Shown: positions 53,004 through 62,052, numbered from the stretch's first letter. The stretch: DNA of 64,000 nt from an uncultured virus (IMG/VR IMGVR_UViG_3300043101_000273) (IMGVR_UViG_3300043101_000273); one strand, 5' to 3'. A program made the numbers and translations. The notes: generated from the letters alone by a model not told the origin.

Positions 53004-53426
53004 ATGTTTAGTATGAATGAAATTGAAACCATTACAAATGATTTTAAAAATTATTTAATAAACAATTATATTGAAAAAGAAAATGTAGAAATTATAGAAG
53101 AAAAAACTTCATTAGCAGAACTTATTGATACTTTAAAAACAGATAAAAATGTTAGTTTAGAATGGTGGAGCGAATATAAAAGAAAAATTAAATCTGGTGA
53201 TATTGTTTATATACCTAATATTAAAAAGTTTGGTATATTCATTTGTCCAGCAGTAAAAAAAGATAAGGTAAGAATTAGATTACTTAAAAATGAAGATAAA
53301 AATAGTGCATATACAACTGATTGGTTCTTTGATTATAATGAAATAAAGATAGTTAAGCATAATAATAAATTAACAAGAAGTTTTACTGAAACAGAAGATA
53401 ATTTTATTTATAAATATGCTCAATAA
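53004..53426 (+). CDS. Hypothetical protein, possible SH3/KOW-like C-terminus
   Basis: AAGGAG RBS; IKSGDIVYI motif. Confidence 0.75.
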   Translation: MFSMNEIETITNDFKNYLINNYIEKENVEIIEEKTSLAELIDTLKTDKNVSLEWWSEYKRKIKSGDIVYIPNIKKFGIFICPAVKKDKVRIRLLKNEDKNSAYTTDWFFDYNEIKIVKHNNKLTRSFTETEDNFIYKYAQ

Positions 53427-53475
53427 TTTTAAAAAAGATATTGACAAAGTTTAAAAAATATGGTATAATATATTT

Positions 53476-53675
53476 GTTCTTAAAAGAGAACGGTAGGAGA
53501 ATTTCAACTCCTCCCTTAAATATTGTCGTTAATGGAAAGGTATCTTTCCTTGGCAATAAAGCTTGTTTTGGAAGAAGTTACAGTGCTTCTTGCTTTTATA
53601 ACATTATGTTTATATTTAGTAAGCAGAGAAAAACTTTGTGTACAAACAAGGTATATATATTGTAAAGTTGCATTT
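53476..53675 (+). ncRNA. tracrRNA-like scaffold RNA, copy 1
   Basis: Promoter TTGACA 53441 / TATAAT 53464; loop AATTTCAA 53500-53507 complementary to repeat 3' end; anti-repeat 53651-53673 complementary to repeat 5' part. Confidence 0.8.
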
Positions 53676-53684
53676 AGAATACAA

Positions 53685-53869
53685 GTGCGAATCTTAAAAA
53701 GCAATATTATTTTTATATAATTAAAAAATTAGATTCGCACCTGAAATTTTGCACAAAATTCAATATTTTTTAATGGTAAATGATTTTTATAAAAAGTTAT
53801 TTACTTGCTAGTTGTTTATTATAACAAAGCAAAATTTAAAAATCGAATATTTTTTTGTGCAATATCGCA
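53685..53869 (+). promoter_or_regulatory. CRISPR leader 1 with two inverted repeats
   Basis: GTGCGAATCT 53685 / AGATTCGCAC 53731; TTGCACAAAA / TTTTGTGCAA; homologous to leader 2. Confidence 0.75.
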
Positions 53870-54087
53870 GTTGCAACTTATACACATATATGTATTGAAA
53901 TTGTAATGGTTCTGAACAAAATGAATCAGCAGCTATGTTGCAACTTATACACATATATATATTGAAATTATAAAAAAATTCTCTTCACCGTGTGTGGAAT
54001 TGTTGCAATTCATATATGTATATATGTTGGAATTATCTAAAAAATAAATGTTATGCAGGGAATGTTCCAACTCATATATATTGGAAT
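53870..54087 (+). CRISPR. CRISPR array 1: 4 repeats (GTTGCAACTTATACACATATATGTATTGAAAT, degenerating distally), 3 spacers of 35, 33, 30 nt
   Basis: Repeats at 53870, 53937, 54002 and 54064 (truncated). Confidence 0.88.
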
Positions 54088-54197
54088 TTAATATTGAAAA
54101 CACACTTGATAAAATTAAAATAAAATTTTTATTATTTCGTTTAATATTTCTCTTTATTTATATATATAATATATGAAAATAAAAAGGGAGGTAAAAA

Positions 54198-54416
54198 ATG
54201 ATGACAATAACTTTTAGTAATATTCAAACAGTCAAAGATTTTGTAAATACAACTAATAAATGCACAGGTGATATTGAAGTAAAATCAGATAGATATGTAG
54301 TAGACGGTAAGTCTATTATGGGACTGTTTTCTTTAGACTTTTCTTTACCAGTAGAGGTTATTACTCATAATCCAGATGATTTAAATACAATCAAAGATTT
54401 TATAAACACATTGTAA
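54198..54416 (+). CDS. HPr-family phosphocarrier-like protein (Ser46 motif kept, no His15)
   Basis: VDGKSIMGLFSL motif; GGAGG RBS; 72 aa. Confidence 0.85.
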   Translation: MMTITFSNIQTVKDFVNTTNKCTGDIEVKSDRYVVDGKSIMGLFSLDFSLPVEVITHNPDDLNTIKDFINTL

Positions 54417-54624
54417 TTTATTTAATTGATTATCCATTTTTGCCATTTTGTGATAATCCTCCTTGCAAATAATAGATTACAATTCAAAAAAGAGCTTAGT
54501 TTCGCCACTAAGTTCTTTTTTTATTGAAAAATTGCAGAAAATGTTGACAAATGATAAAAAATGTAGTATAATATGATTACAAAAAACACAAAATTATTTT
54601 AAATTATCAAAGGAGAAAATAAAA

Positions 54625-56301
54625 ATGGCTAAATCAGAAAAGAAATGCTTTGTAGTACAAATACCTTTGAACCTTGAAAAATTCCAAATTGATTTTTTAA
54701 ATAAGAAATTGGAAGATTGTAGAAAGGTATATAATACGGTTCTTAGTATAACATTAAAAAGATATAAAGAAATGCAAAAGACTAAGAAATATAAGTATAT
54801 AGAAAAAACTACTGAAAAATATTGGAAACCTATCAATGATTATAAAAATCAAATAGATGAGTTGAACAATGAAGTAGCTGATATAAACGAACTTTTAAAA
54901 AATAATAATTTGTCTAACGAAGAAATTATTGATTTAAATAATAAGAAGAAAGATATTGCAGCTCAGATAAAAACACTTATAGCAGAAAAGAAAAAATTAA
55001 ATGATGAATTTAAATTAATTAAACCTGAATTCAATAACATAAAAAACGGATTATTAAAAGAATATCATATTTCTAAATATGGGTTCGATAAAGATATTCG
55101 AAAAGTATATTCTCATTTTAACATACCATCTAAAACAGCTGAAAGTATTAGAGACGATATTTGGAGAGCTTATGATAAAAACTTATGGGGTAATGGAAAA
55201 AGATTTCATTTCAAGCGTTATAATACTGTTGATTCTATAAATGGCAGTTCTAATAATCAAACTGTTAAGTTAGACCTTGAAAAGAATTGTGTAACCTACA
55301 TGAAAAAAGATTATCCTATTAAGTTTCCTAAAAATAACAACTACATTATAGAAGCTTTAAATAATAACAAAATAATTAGATGTAGAATTGTTCGTAAGTC
55401 CATAAAGAAAAAAGATAGATTTTTTGTACAGGCAACATTAAATGGTACTCCACCTACTAATTACAATCGTCTTATGGGCAACGGTAAAGTTGGTATTGAT
55501 ATTGGTACTCAGACTATTGCTGTCGTTGGAAAAAACGATATAAAGTTGGAAGAACTTGCCAAAGGAGTACAAGATATTCAAAATCAACTTAGAATAATTA
55601 ACAGAAAAATGGATAGAAGTAGAAGAGCTACTAATCCTGATAATTATAATGAAGATGGTACTATTGTTAAAGTAAAAAAAGGTGAAAAGCGTAATTGGCA
55701 TTATTCTAAAAACTATAAAAAATTAGCAGCAGAAAGAAAAGAACTTTTCAGGAAGCAAGTTGATTTAAGAAAACTTTCTCACGAAACACTTGCAAATGAA
55801 ATTATTGGAATGGGTGATGAGTTCTATATAGAAGATATGGAGTTTCAAGCATTACAGAAAAAAGCAAAAGAAACCACTAAAAACTCAAAAGGCAAGTTTA
55901 ATAGCAAAAAAAGGTTTGGCAAGTCTATTGCTAATAAAGCTCCTGCAATGGCTAAGTCTATTTTGAAAAGAAAACTTGGATATTACGGTAAAGAGCTTAT
56001 TGAAATAAAAACTAAAAAAGCTAAAGCAAGTCAATATAATCATGTGGATAATACTTATATTAAGGCTGAATTAAGCGTAAGAAGCAAAGATATTGGTGGT
56101 CATAAAATACAGCGTGATTTATATAGTGCTTTTCTTATTAGTAACATCAATCCTGACTTGGAAACATTTAATAGAGTTGGTTGTAATATTAAGTTTGATA
56201 ACTTTTGTAAAATGCATGATAAAAAAATAATCGAGCTTAAAAATGATGATTCAATTCATAATTTATCAAGTTTAGGTTTGAAAGATTTTTCTGAAAAATA
56301 A
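54625..56301 (+). CDS. CRISPR-associated TnpB-derived RuvC nuclease (compact Cas12-like effector), 558 aa
   Basis: RuvC-I GIDIG (D292), RuvC-II IEDM (E403), RuvC-III QRDLYSA (D498); TnpB-like N-terminus CRKVYN; no CxxC; own promoter 54544-54572. Confidence 0.88.
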   Translation: MAKSEKKCFVVQIPLNLEKFQIDFLNKKLEDCRKVYNTVLSITLKRYKEMQKTKKYKYIEKTTEKYWKPINDYKNQIDELNNEVADINELLKNNNLSNEEIIDLNNKKKDIAAQIKTLIAEKKKLNDEFKLIKPEFNNIKNGLLKEYHISKYGFDKDIRKVYSHFNIPSKTAESIRDDIWRAYDKNLWGNGKRFHFKRYNTVDSINGSSNNQTVKLDLEKNCVTYMKKDYPIKFPKNNNYIIEALNNNKIIRCRIVRKSIKKKDRFFVQATLNGTPPTNYNRLMGNGKVGIDIGTQTIAVVGKNDIKLEELAKGVQDIQNQLRIINRKMDRSRRATNPDNYNEDGTIVKVKKGEKRNWHYSKNYKKLAAERKELFRKQVDLRKLSHETLANEIIGMGDEFYIEDMEFQALQKKAKETTKNSKGKFNSKKRFGKSIANKAPAMAKSILKRKLGYYGKELIEIKTKKAKASQYNHVDNTYIKAELSVRSKDIGGHKIQRDLYSAFLISNINPDLETFNRVGCNIKFDNFCKMHDKKIIELKNDDSIHNLSSLGLKDFSEK

Positions 56302-56346
56302 TTAAAAACCATTGACAAAGTTTAAAAAATATGGTATAATATAATT

Positions 56347-56546
56347 GTTCTTAAAAAAAGAATAGTAGGAGAATTTCAACTCCTTCTTTAAATGTTACCG
56401 CTAATGGATGGGTTACTGTCCTTGGTAATAAAGCTTGTTTGGAAAAAGTTTTAGTGCTATTTGCTTTTGTAACATTATGTTTATATTTAGTAGGTAGAGA
56501 AGAATTTTGTGTACAAACAAGGCATATATATAGTAAAGTTGTAATT
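56347..56546 (+). ncRNA. tracrRNA-like scaffold RNA, copy 2
   Basis: Promoter 56312-56340; loop AATTTCAA 56372-56379; anti-repeat 56522-56545; compensatory changes versus copy 1. Confidence 0.82.
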
Positions 56547-56556
56547 AAAAATATAA

Positions 56557-56741
56557 GTGCGAATCCCTAAAATCTAATACCGATTTTAGGCGTTTGAAAA
56601 TGGGGTTCGCACCTATAAAATTGTACAAAAGTTAATATTCATTTAACAACAAATAACTTTTGTAATTTGTTATTTATATATTATTTGTTTAATGCGAGTA
56701 AATAATAATTCGAAAATTGAATATTTTTGTGCAATTTTGCT
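56557..56741 (+). promoter_or_regulatory. CRISPR leader 2
   Basis: GTGCGAATCCC 56557 / GGGGTTCGCAC 56602; TTGTACAAAA / TTTTGTGCAA. Confidence 0.75.
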
Positions 56742-57100
56742 GTTGCAACTTATACATATGTATGTATTGGAATGTGTTTGGTAAAACAACATCAGTAGTA
56801 TTTGATGTTGCAACTTATACATATGTATGTATTGGAATTGATGCTGTAACTCACAAGGGTTGGATTGCTAGGTTGCAACTTATACATATGTATGTATTGG
56901 AATTAAGAAAAATGAGCCTTATGTTGTGGCAACAGCGTTGCAACTTATACATATGTATGTATTGGAATTGTATTGCTATTATTTGATTTCACTTGCATTT
57001 CAGTTGCAACTTATACATATATATGTATTGGAATTGTAACGGAAGTTAATGATTTATTCACAGAAGATGTTGCAACTTACATATGTATATGTATTGGAAT
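56742..57100 (+). CRISPR. CRISPR array 2: 6 repeats of 32 nt (GTTGCAACTTATACATATGTATGTATTGGAAT), 5 spacers of 33, 33, 33, 34, 34 nt
   Basis: Repeats at 56742, 56807, 56872, 56937 identical; 57003 and 57069 carry variants. Confidence 0.97.
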
Positions 57101-57334
57101 TTACCAACTAATCAACTTGGCGGTACAGGTAAGATTTTTAATTGGGAATTTGCAGCTACTTTTGCAAAAACTCACAATACCGTACTTGCAGGTGGTATAA
57201 ATAGTAAAAACATAATAAAAGCATACAAAACCGTACTTCCACAAGTGATTGATTTAAGTTCATCAGTTGAGAAAAACGGTTTTAAAAGTTATAACAAAAT
57301 AAAAGAATTAATACAAACAATTAGAAAGGAATGA
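57101..57334 (+). pseudogene. trpF: C-terminal fragment of phosphoribosylanthranilate isomerase
   Basis: GGTGKIFNW, LAGGINSKNI, IDLSSSVE.NGFKS..KI match TrpF motifs; N-terminal half absent. Confidence 0.85.
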
Positions 57335-57340
57335 TATTAA

Positions 57341-57664
57341 ATGGCTGAATTTGAAGATATTAATATAGATTTATCTAAACGTACTCCTGCCGAATGGTCG
57401 GATATCTACCATTTAAAACTTTATAATTCTCCACCACGTCAGCTTTGGACTGAATTTGAGTGGGCTTATAATCTTCCTAATTTGGATTATCAATATATCC
57501 TCATAAATGATTCTTCCGAAGAAGCAGAGGAAATGGAACTTAGAGCTTTTGATATTAAAAATCTTATTTTCCATCTTGCTGATAAAAGCGAAAAGGAAAT
57601 TCTTAAAACAAAATACATTGAAACTGAATGGATAAGGAAAAAACTTATTATAAACGATTTTTAA
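57341..57664 (+). CDS. Hypothetical protein
   Basis: AAAGGA RBS; closely follows the trpF fragment. Confidence 0.8.
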   Translation: MAEFEDINIDLSKRTPAEWSDIYHLKLYNSPPRQLWTEFEWAYNLPNLDYQYILINDSSEEAEEMELRAFDIKNLIFHLADKSEKEILKTKYIETEWIRKKLIINDF

Positions 57665-57680
57665 GATTGGAGATACCATA

Positions 57681-58262
57681 ATGAATAAAATATTGCACAC
57701 TAAAAATCCTATAAATGATACTATTGATGAAATTTTATTAAAAGAGTATTTAGATAAAGCTATATCAGCAACTTCTGAAAAGATAAGAAATTTACTTTAT
57801 GAGTATTCTTCTTCTCATAAAAATGAAGTTTACATAATAATAGATATCCTTTCTGATATAATCTCAAATAAGGATTATACTAAAGAAGCTCGTTCTTTAA
57901 ATAAAATAAAGAATATTATTAATATTGGTATTTTAGGAATGATAGATGATGAGTTTGTTAATGACTTATATAAATTAAAAAATATTAACCCTGATGGAAA
58001 TAAAATAAATTTGTTAGATTTTTGTACTCAACAAAATTTACTTATTCATTGTGCAAACTTTTCTCATCTTATAAAACAATTTGTTTATATATCACTTATT
58101 TCAAAAGACCCAAATACTATAAATAATATTATAACAAATGAAGAAATAACTATTCCTGACCAAGATGCTATGAATATTATTTGTTGTTTTTCACTTCTTT
58201 TTATTGAGAGTCTAAAAACTGATATCGTTTATATTTCTTATTTTTCTAATTTAGAAAAATGA
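57681..58262 (+). CDS. Hypothetical protein, paralog of 61214
   Basis: Shared TS.KI..LL, IISNK, NIICCF. Confidence 0.85.
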   Translation: MNKILHTKNPINDTIDEILLKEYLDKAISATSEKIRNLLYEYSSSHKNEVYIIIDILSDIISNKDYTKEARSLNKIKNIINIGILGMIDDEFVNDLYKLKNINPDGNKINLLDFCTQQNLLIHCANFSHLIKQFVYISLISKDPNTINNIITNEEITIPDQDAMNIICCFSLLFIESLKTDIVYISYFSNLEK

Positions 58263-58390
58263 ACCTTTTAGTCACGATTGTTTTATCGTGACTTTTTGTC
58301 GAAAAAACTCCATTATTTCTTGACAAATCATAAAAAATATGGTATAATATAAACATAAAAATAATATTTTTCCAAAAGGAGGTCTTTATT

Positions 58391-59536
58391 TTGCAAAGCA
58401 TTGATTTTATAAAAACTGATAGTCTTATATATAAGGAATATTTAAAAATAATAAAAGACACTTTTTCTACTTATGTTGTTTGTGATAAAGAAAAAGATGC
58501 AGTTAAAACTATGTGTGAATATATAGAAGATTTAATCAAAAAATCACCAATAAAGTATAAAAATAATTATTTTAAATCTTTTATTAATGAATATTTTAAA
58601 ACTATTAATATTGATAGTATGCAAGAATTTTATAATAATCATCAGGAGTTCTCTTTTTTTGAGTATAATACTTCTTATCATTATGGATATATTCTCCTTG
58701 CTTCTTGTTTGAATATTTCAATTTCTTCACATTTGATAAATCATCCAGAAGAAAATTATGTTTTAACAGAAGAAAGAACTTTAAACATTATTCTTAATTA
58801 TATTGATACTTATTTGACAGTACTTAATAGTAGCTTTATTTCTTCAAAACACGCTATGGATTCTATATCTAATAGAAATTTTCATGAATTTGAAGGTCTT
58901 GTTGTTTTAAAAGATGATTTAAATAAACTACAAGATAAGTATGATAAATTAAAAGCTTCTATTGATATTAAGGTTTCTGATGAAATAAAAAAACAGTCTA
59001 ATAGCATAGAACAAGAAAAAACTACTATGTTATCTGAACAGAAACATCTTAAAGAAAAAATTAAAGCTTTAGAAGAAAAGAATAATGAACTTCAAAAAAA
59101 TCTTAATAAGCAAATAAAAATAAACACTCATAATGAAAATTTGCTTAATAAAATGAAGTCCAATAATACTTCTTCTAAAAATATTACTACTAATATTCCT
59201 GAAAGCAATTCTACAATCTCAGAAGAACCACAAGATAGAAGTATTAATATTAATAGAAAAATACTTTTTGTAGGAGCTTCTCCTAGTATGCTTAGTAAAT
59301 TACAAAATATATATTCTAATGCACAAAATACTGATTTCAATTCTGCTAAGATAAATAAGAATTTTGTTAGTAAATTCGATTGTATTGTTTTCTTAAATGC
59401 AAAGCCTACTACAAATCCTTATAATGCTTATGCAAAGATTAAAACCATTGCTGATAAATGTAAAATTAAATATATCAATTGTAAAAATAATAATATAGAC
59501 TTAATTGTAGATAATATTGAAAATACTTTTACTTGA
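58391..59536 (+). CDS. Coiled-coil protein with C-terminal DUF2325-like domain
   Basis: ILFVG...IVFL...KIK..ADK.KIKYI.C; paralog of 59555. Confidence 0.75.
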   Translation: MQSIDFIKTDSLIYKEYLKIIKDTFSTYVVCDKEKDAVKTMCEYIEDLIKKSPIKYKNNYFKSFINEYFKTINIDSMQEFYNNHQEFSFFEYNTSYHYGYILLASCLNISISSHLINHPEENYVLTEERTLNIILNYIDTYLTVLNSSFISSKHAMDSISNRNFHEFEGLVVLKDDLNKLQDKYDKLKASIDIKVSDEIKKQSNSIEQEKTTMLSEQKHLKEKIKALEEKNNELQKNLNKQIKINTHNENLLNKMKSNNTSSKNITTNIPESNSTISEEPQDRSININRKILFVGASPSMLSKLQNIYSNAQNTDFNSAKINKNFVSKFDCIVFLNAKPTTNPYNAYAKIKTIADKCKIKYINCKNNNIDLIVDNIENTFT

Positions 59537-59554
59537 TAATTGGAGGTACACACT

Positions 59555-61210
59555 ATGAATGGAATACATATTGATAGTAAAGCAAGGCAACTTGCAGATT
59601 TTATGGAAATAACTGATAAAACACTTACTAATAATGTTGGTATTAGTACTAAAAAAGGTTTTTCTTCTGCAATTCTTGATATCGTAGAAAAAACAATAAA
59701 AAAAGAATCTATTGCTTTTAAAAATGAACAATTTGAAAAATTTATTGATGTCTTTTGCATTAAGAATAGTCAGGTAAGTATAAATAAAATAACAGACTTA
59801 TATACTAATCATCCCGAAAAAATCAATCAAAAGGAAATTCTTAATTATATAGATGAAAGATATCAATATAATATGTTCTTCTGCTTCTGTACTAAAGAAT
59901 TTTCTAAGAAAGGGAATATTACAGAAATAACTCCTAATGAAGCATTACAAGTTATTTTCCTTTGTATTGTTGATACTTTTAAGTTCTTATCTCAAAAAGC
60001 AGACAGTATTACCCTTAATAATACAGAATCTCAGGTTTGTTTTAAAACTACCGAAGAAGTAGGTAAATATACAACAGATTTGTTAAGGAAATTACTTAAT
60101 AATTGTATTAATACTTCAACTCGTAATATAGGAGATATTGTCTTAGAACTTATTGAAGCAGCTGTAAATAAAAAAGAATTAAATATTAAAGATTCTTATT
60201 TTGAAAGTTATGTTCAAGAAATTCTAACAGAAGAATTTATTTATCTTATTCGTAAACAGTATTGTACATTTCAAGGCACTTTTGAATTTTCAAGTAAGGA
60301 AGTAGAAGTTTTTGCTAATATCCTTAATGATATCGTAAGAATGTTTTATGCGTCTGAAACAGTTATGACTCCTGATGGAGAACCTTACCTTACGGATGAA
60401 CAAGGAATGTCTATAATCTTTATGTTTATATATACTATCGTGAATGTTATGACTCATCACGCTAAATATGACGAACTTAAAAAAGAAAAAAAGATAGATG
60501 ATAAAGTTTATAAGGATGATGTAGATAGTTGTTATAAACTCGTTGATAAATTGAAGAATAAAAATACTTCTCTTGAAAATGATTTAATAACAATTAAAGG
60601 CAAGTATGAAAAATTAAAAAACTCTTTAGATGCAAGAATAGAAAAGAAAGTAGAAAAGCAGTCTAAACTCTTAGAACAAGAAAAAAGTTCTATTGTTTCT
60701 GAAAATAACAGATTGAAAGCTAAATTGGAACAGTTACAAGAAGAAAATACAAAACTTCAAAATACTCTTAACAAACACGAGAAACAAGCCATTAATAATG
60801 AAAAGATTGATACTCTTAATAAGAGAATAAAAACTCTTACGGAACAAAATGCTCAGTTAAGACAGGCAATTGCAAATCCTACTACGGAAGATTTTGATGA
60901 GTTTGAAGATATGCCTGATGATAGAGCTATAAACATCAATAGAAATCTTTTGTTTATTGGCGGTCATACTACTACTCTGGATAAGTTGCAGAATATTTAT
61001 TCAAAAGCTGATTATGTTTCTAATGAAACGACTGAAATAAATCAGAATTATATGAATAACTTTGAAGGTATTGTTTTCTTAACTGATTTCTTATCTCATA
61101 ACCTTTATAAGAAGATTAAGAAGTTAGCAGATAAATATAAAATTAAATATATACATTGTAAAAATAACAATGTTGATTTGATTGTGGATGATATAGAAAA
61201 TAATTTTTAA
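59555..61210 (+). CDS. Coiled-coil protein with C-terminal DUF2325-like domain (start revised)
   Basis: LFIGGH...IVFLTDFLSHNLY motif; GGAGG before ATG 59555. Confidence 0.8.
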   Translation: MNGIHIDSKARQLADFMEITDKTLTNNVGISTKKGFSSAILDIVEKTIKKESIAFKNEQFEKFIDVFCIKNSQVSINKITDLYTNHPEKINQKEILNYIDERYQYNMFFCFCTKEFSKKGNITEITPNEALQVIFLCIVDTFKFLSQKADSITLNNTESQVCFKTTEEVGKYTTDLLRKLLNNCINTSTRNIGDIVLELIEAAVNKKELNIKDSYFESYVQEILTEEFIYLIRKQYCTFQGTFEFSSKEVEVFANILNDIVRMFYASETVMTPDGEPYLTDEQGMSIIFMFIYTIVNVMTHHAKYDELKKEKKIDDKVYKDDVDSCYKLVDKLKNKNTSLENDLITIKGKYEKLKNSLDARIEKKVEKQSKLLEQEKSSIVSENNRLKAKLEQLQEENTKLQNTLNKHEKQAINNEKIDTLNKRIKTLTEQNAQLRQAIANPTTEDFDEFEDMPDDRAININRNLLFIGGHTTTLDKLQNIYSKADYVSNETTEINQNYMNNFEGIVFLTDFLSHNLYKKIKKLADKYKIKYIHCKNNNVDLIVDDIENNF

Positions 61211-61213
61211 CAA

Positions 61214-61867
61214 ATGAAAGGAATATTTATTATGACTAAAAAAATAAAGTTACCATTAAATAATTCAACCAAAGAAGATACAAAAGAAATAAATTCTAAT
61301 CAACTGATTAGCACGGATGAATTATCTGAATATATACAAAATGTTCAATTGACAACTAGTAACAAAATTAAAGATTTACTTGTTGAAAACTTTTCATTAA
61401 AAAGTGAAGATGTAGTTTCTATGATTATAGAAATCATATCAAATATAATCTCAAACAAAAATTGCGAAGAAGATATGAACGATTATGTGTTTTCTCTTAA
61501 GGGAGCTATTAACATTAGTATCTCAGAAATGTTAAGTGATGACTTTATTCATAATTTACACGAAATCTTTAATGTAAATCCTAATAAACCATTGAATATA
61601 GATTTGTTACGTTTATATTCAGATGCAAGTTTGATTGCAGCGTGTGAATTTTTAGTTGATACAATTTCTCATTTTGTTTATACAACATTTTTAACCCAAA
61701 ATAATTTAACAAGTGCTGATTGGGTAAAAAGTTCTAACTTTGATATCATTACAGAACAGCAATTATTAAATATAATCTGTTGTTTTGCTCATCATATTAT
61801 TTCAGATTTGACTTCTGGTTTTTATTATGCAAAAGAAATGTTAGCTTTAGAAGAAAAGTTAAAATAA
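61214..61867 (+). CDS. Hypothetical protein, paralog of 57681
   Basis: Paralogy; both followed by a GTCACGA...TCGTGAC hairpin. Confidence 0.85.
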   Translation: MKGIFIMTKKIKLPLNNSTKEDTKEINSNQLISTDELSEYIQNVQLTTSNKIKDLLVENFSLKSEDVVSMIIEIISNIISNKNCEEDMNDYVFSLKGAINISISEMLSDDFIHNLHEIFNVNPNKPLNIDLLRLYSDASLIAACEFLVDTISHFVYTTFLTQNNLTSADWVKSSNFDIITEQQLLNIICCFAHHIISDLTSGFYYAKEMLALEEKLK

Positions 61868-62052
61868 TATTCTTTGTCACGATTATTGTATGATTTTCGT
61901 GACAATTTTTTAAAATTTACTAATTCTGCAAGATTTAATTCGCAAAAATTCATTTTTATTTATTTTTCTCTATAGAAAAATATAAAAAATAGCCATTTTT
62001 TGAATTTTTTAAGATTGAATCTTGCATTTTTTAAAAACTAAGGAGGTTTATT

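Noticed and set aside
53441..53720. ORFs 53441..53665, 53523..53720 and 53516..53704
   Set aside because: One starts in the -35 box, all overlap the tracr-like RNA, and the frames are not conserved in copy 2
56839..56871. Self-targeting of repeat-protein gene 25619 by array 2 spacer 2
   Set aside because: Only about 13 of 14 nt match (CTCAcAAGGGTTGG near 27333); no full protospacer for any spacer was seen by eye in the window
56717..57200. ORFs 56717..56986 and 56973..57200
   Set aside because: Translations of CRISPR repeats and spacers
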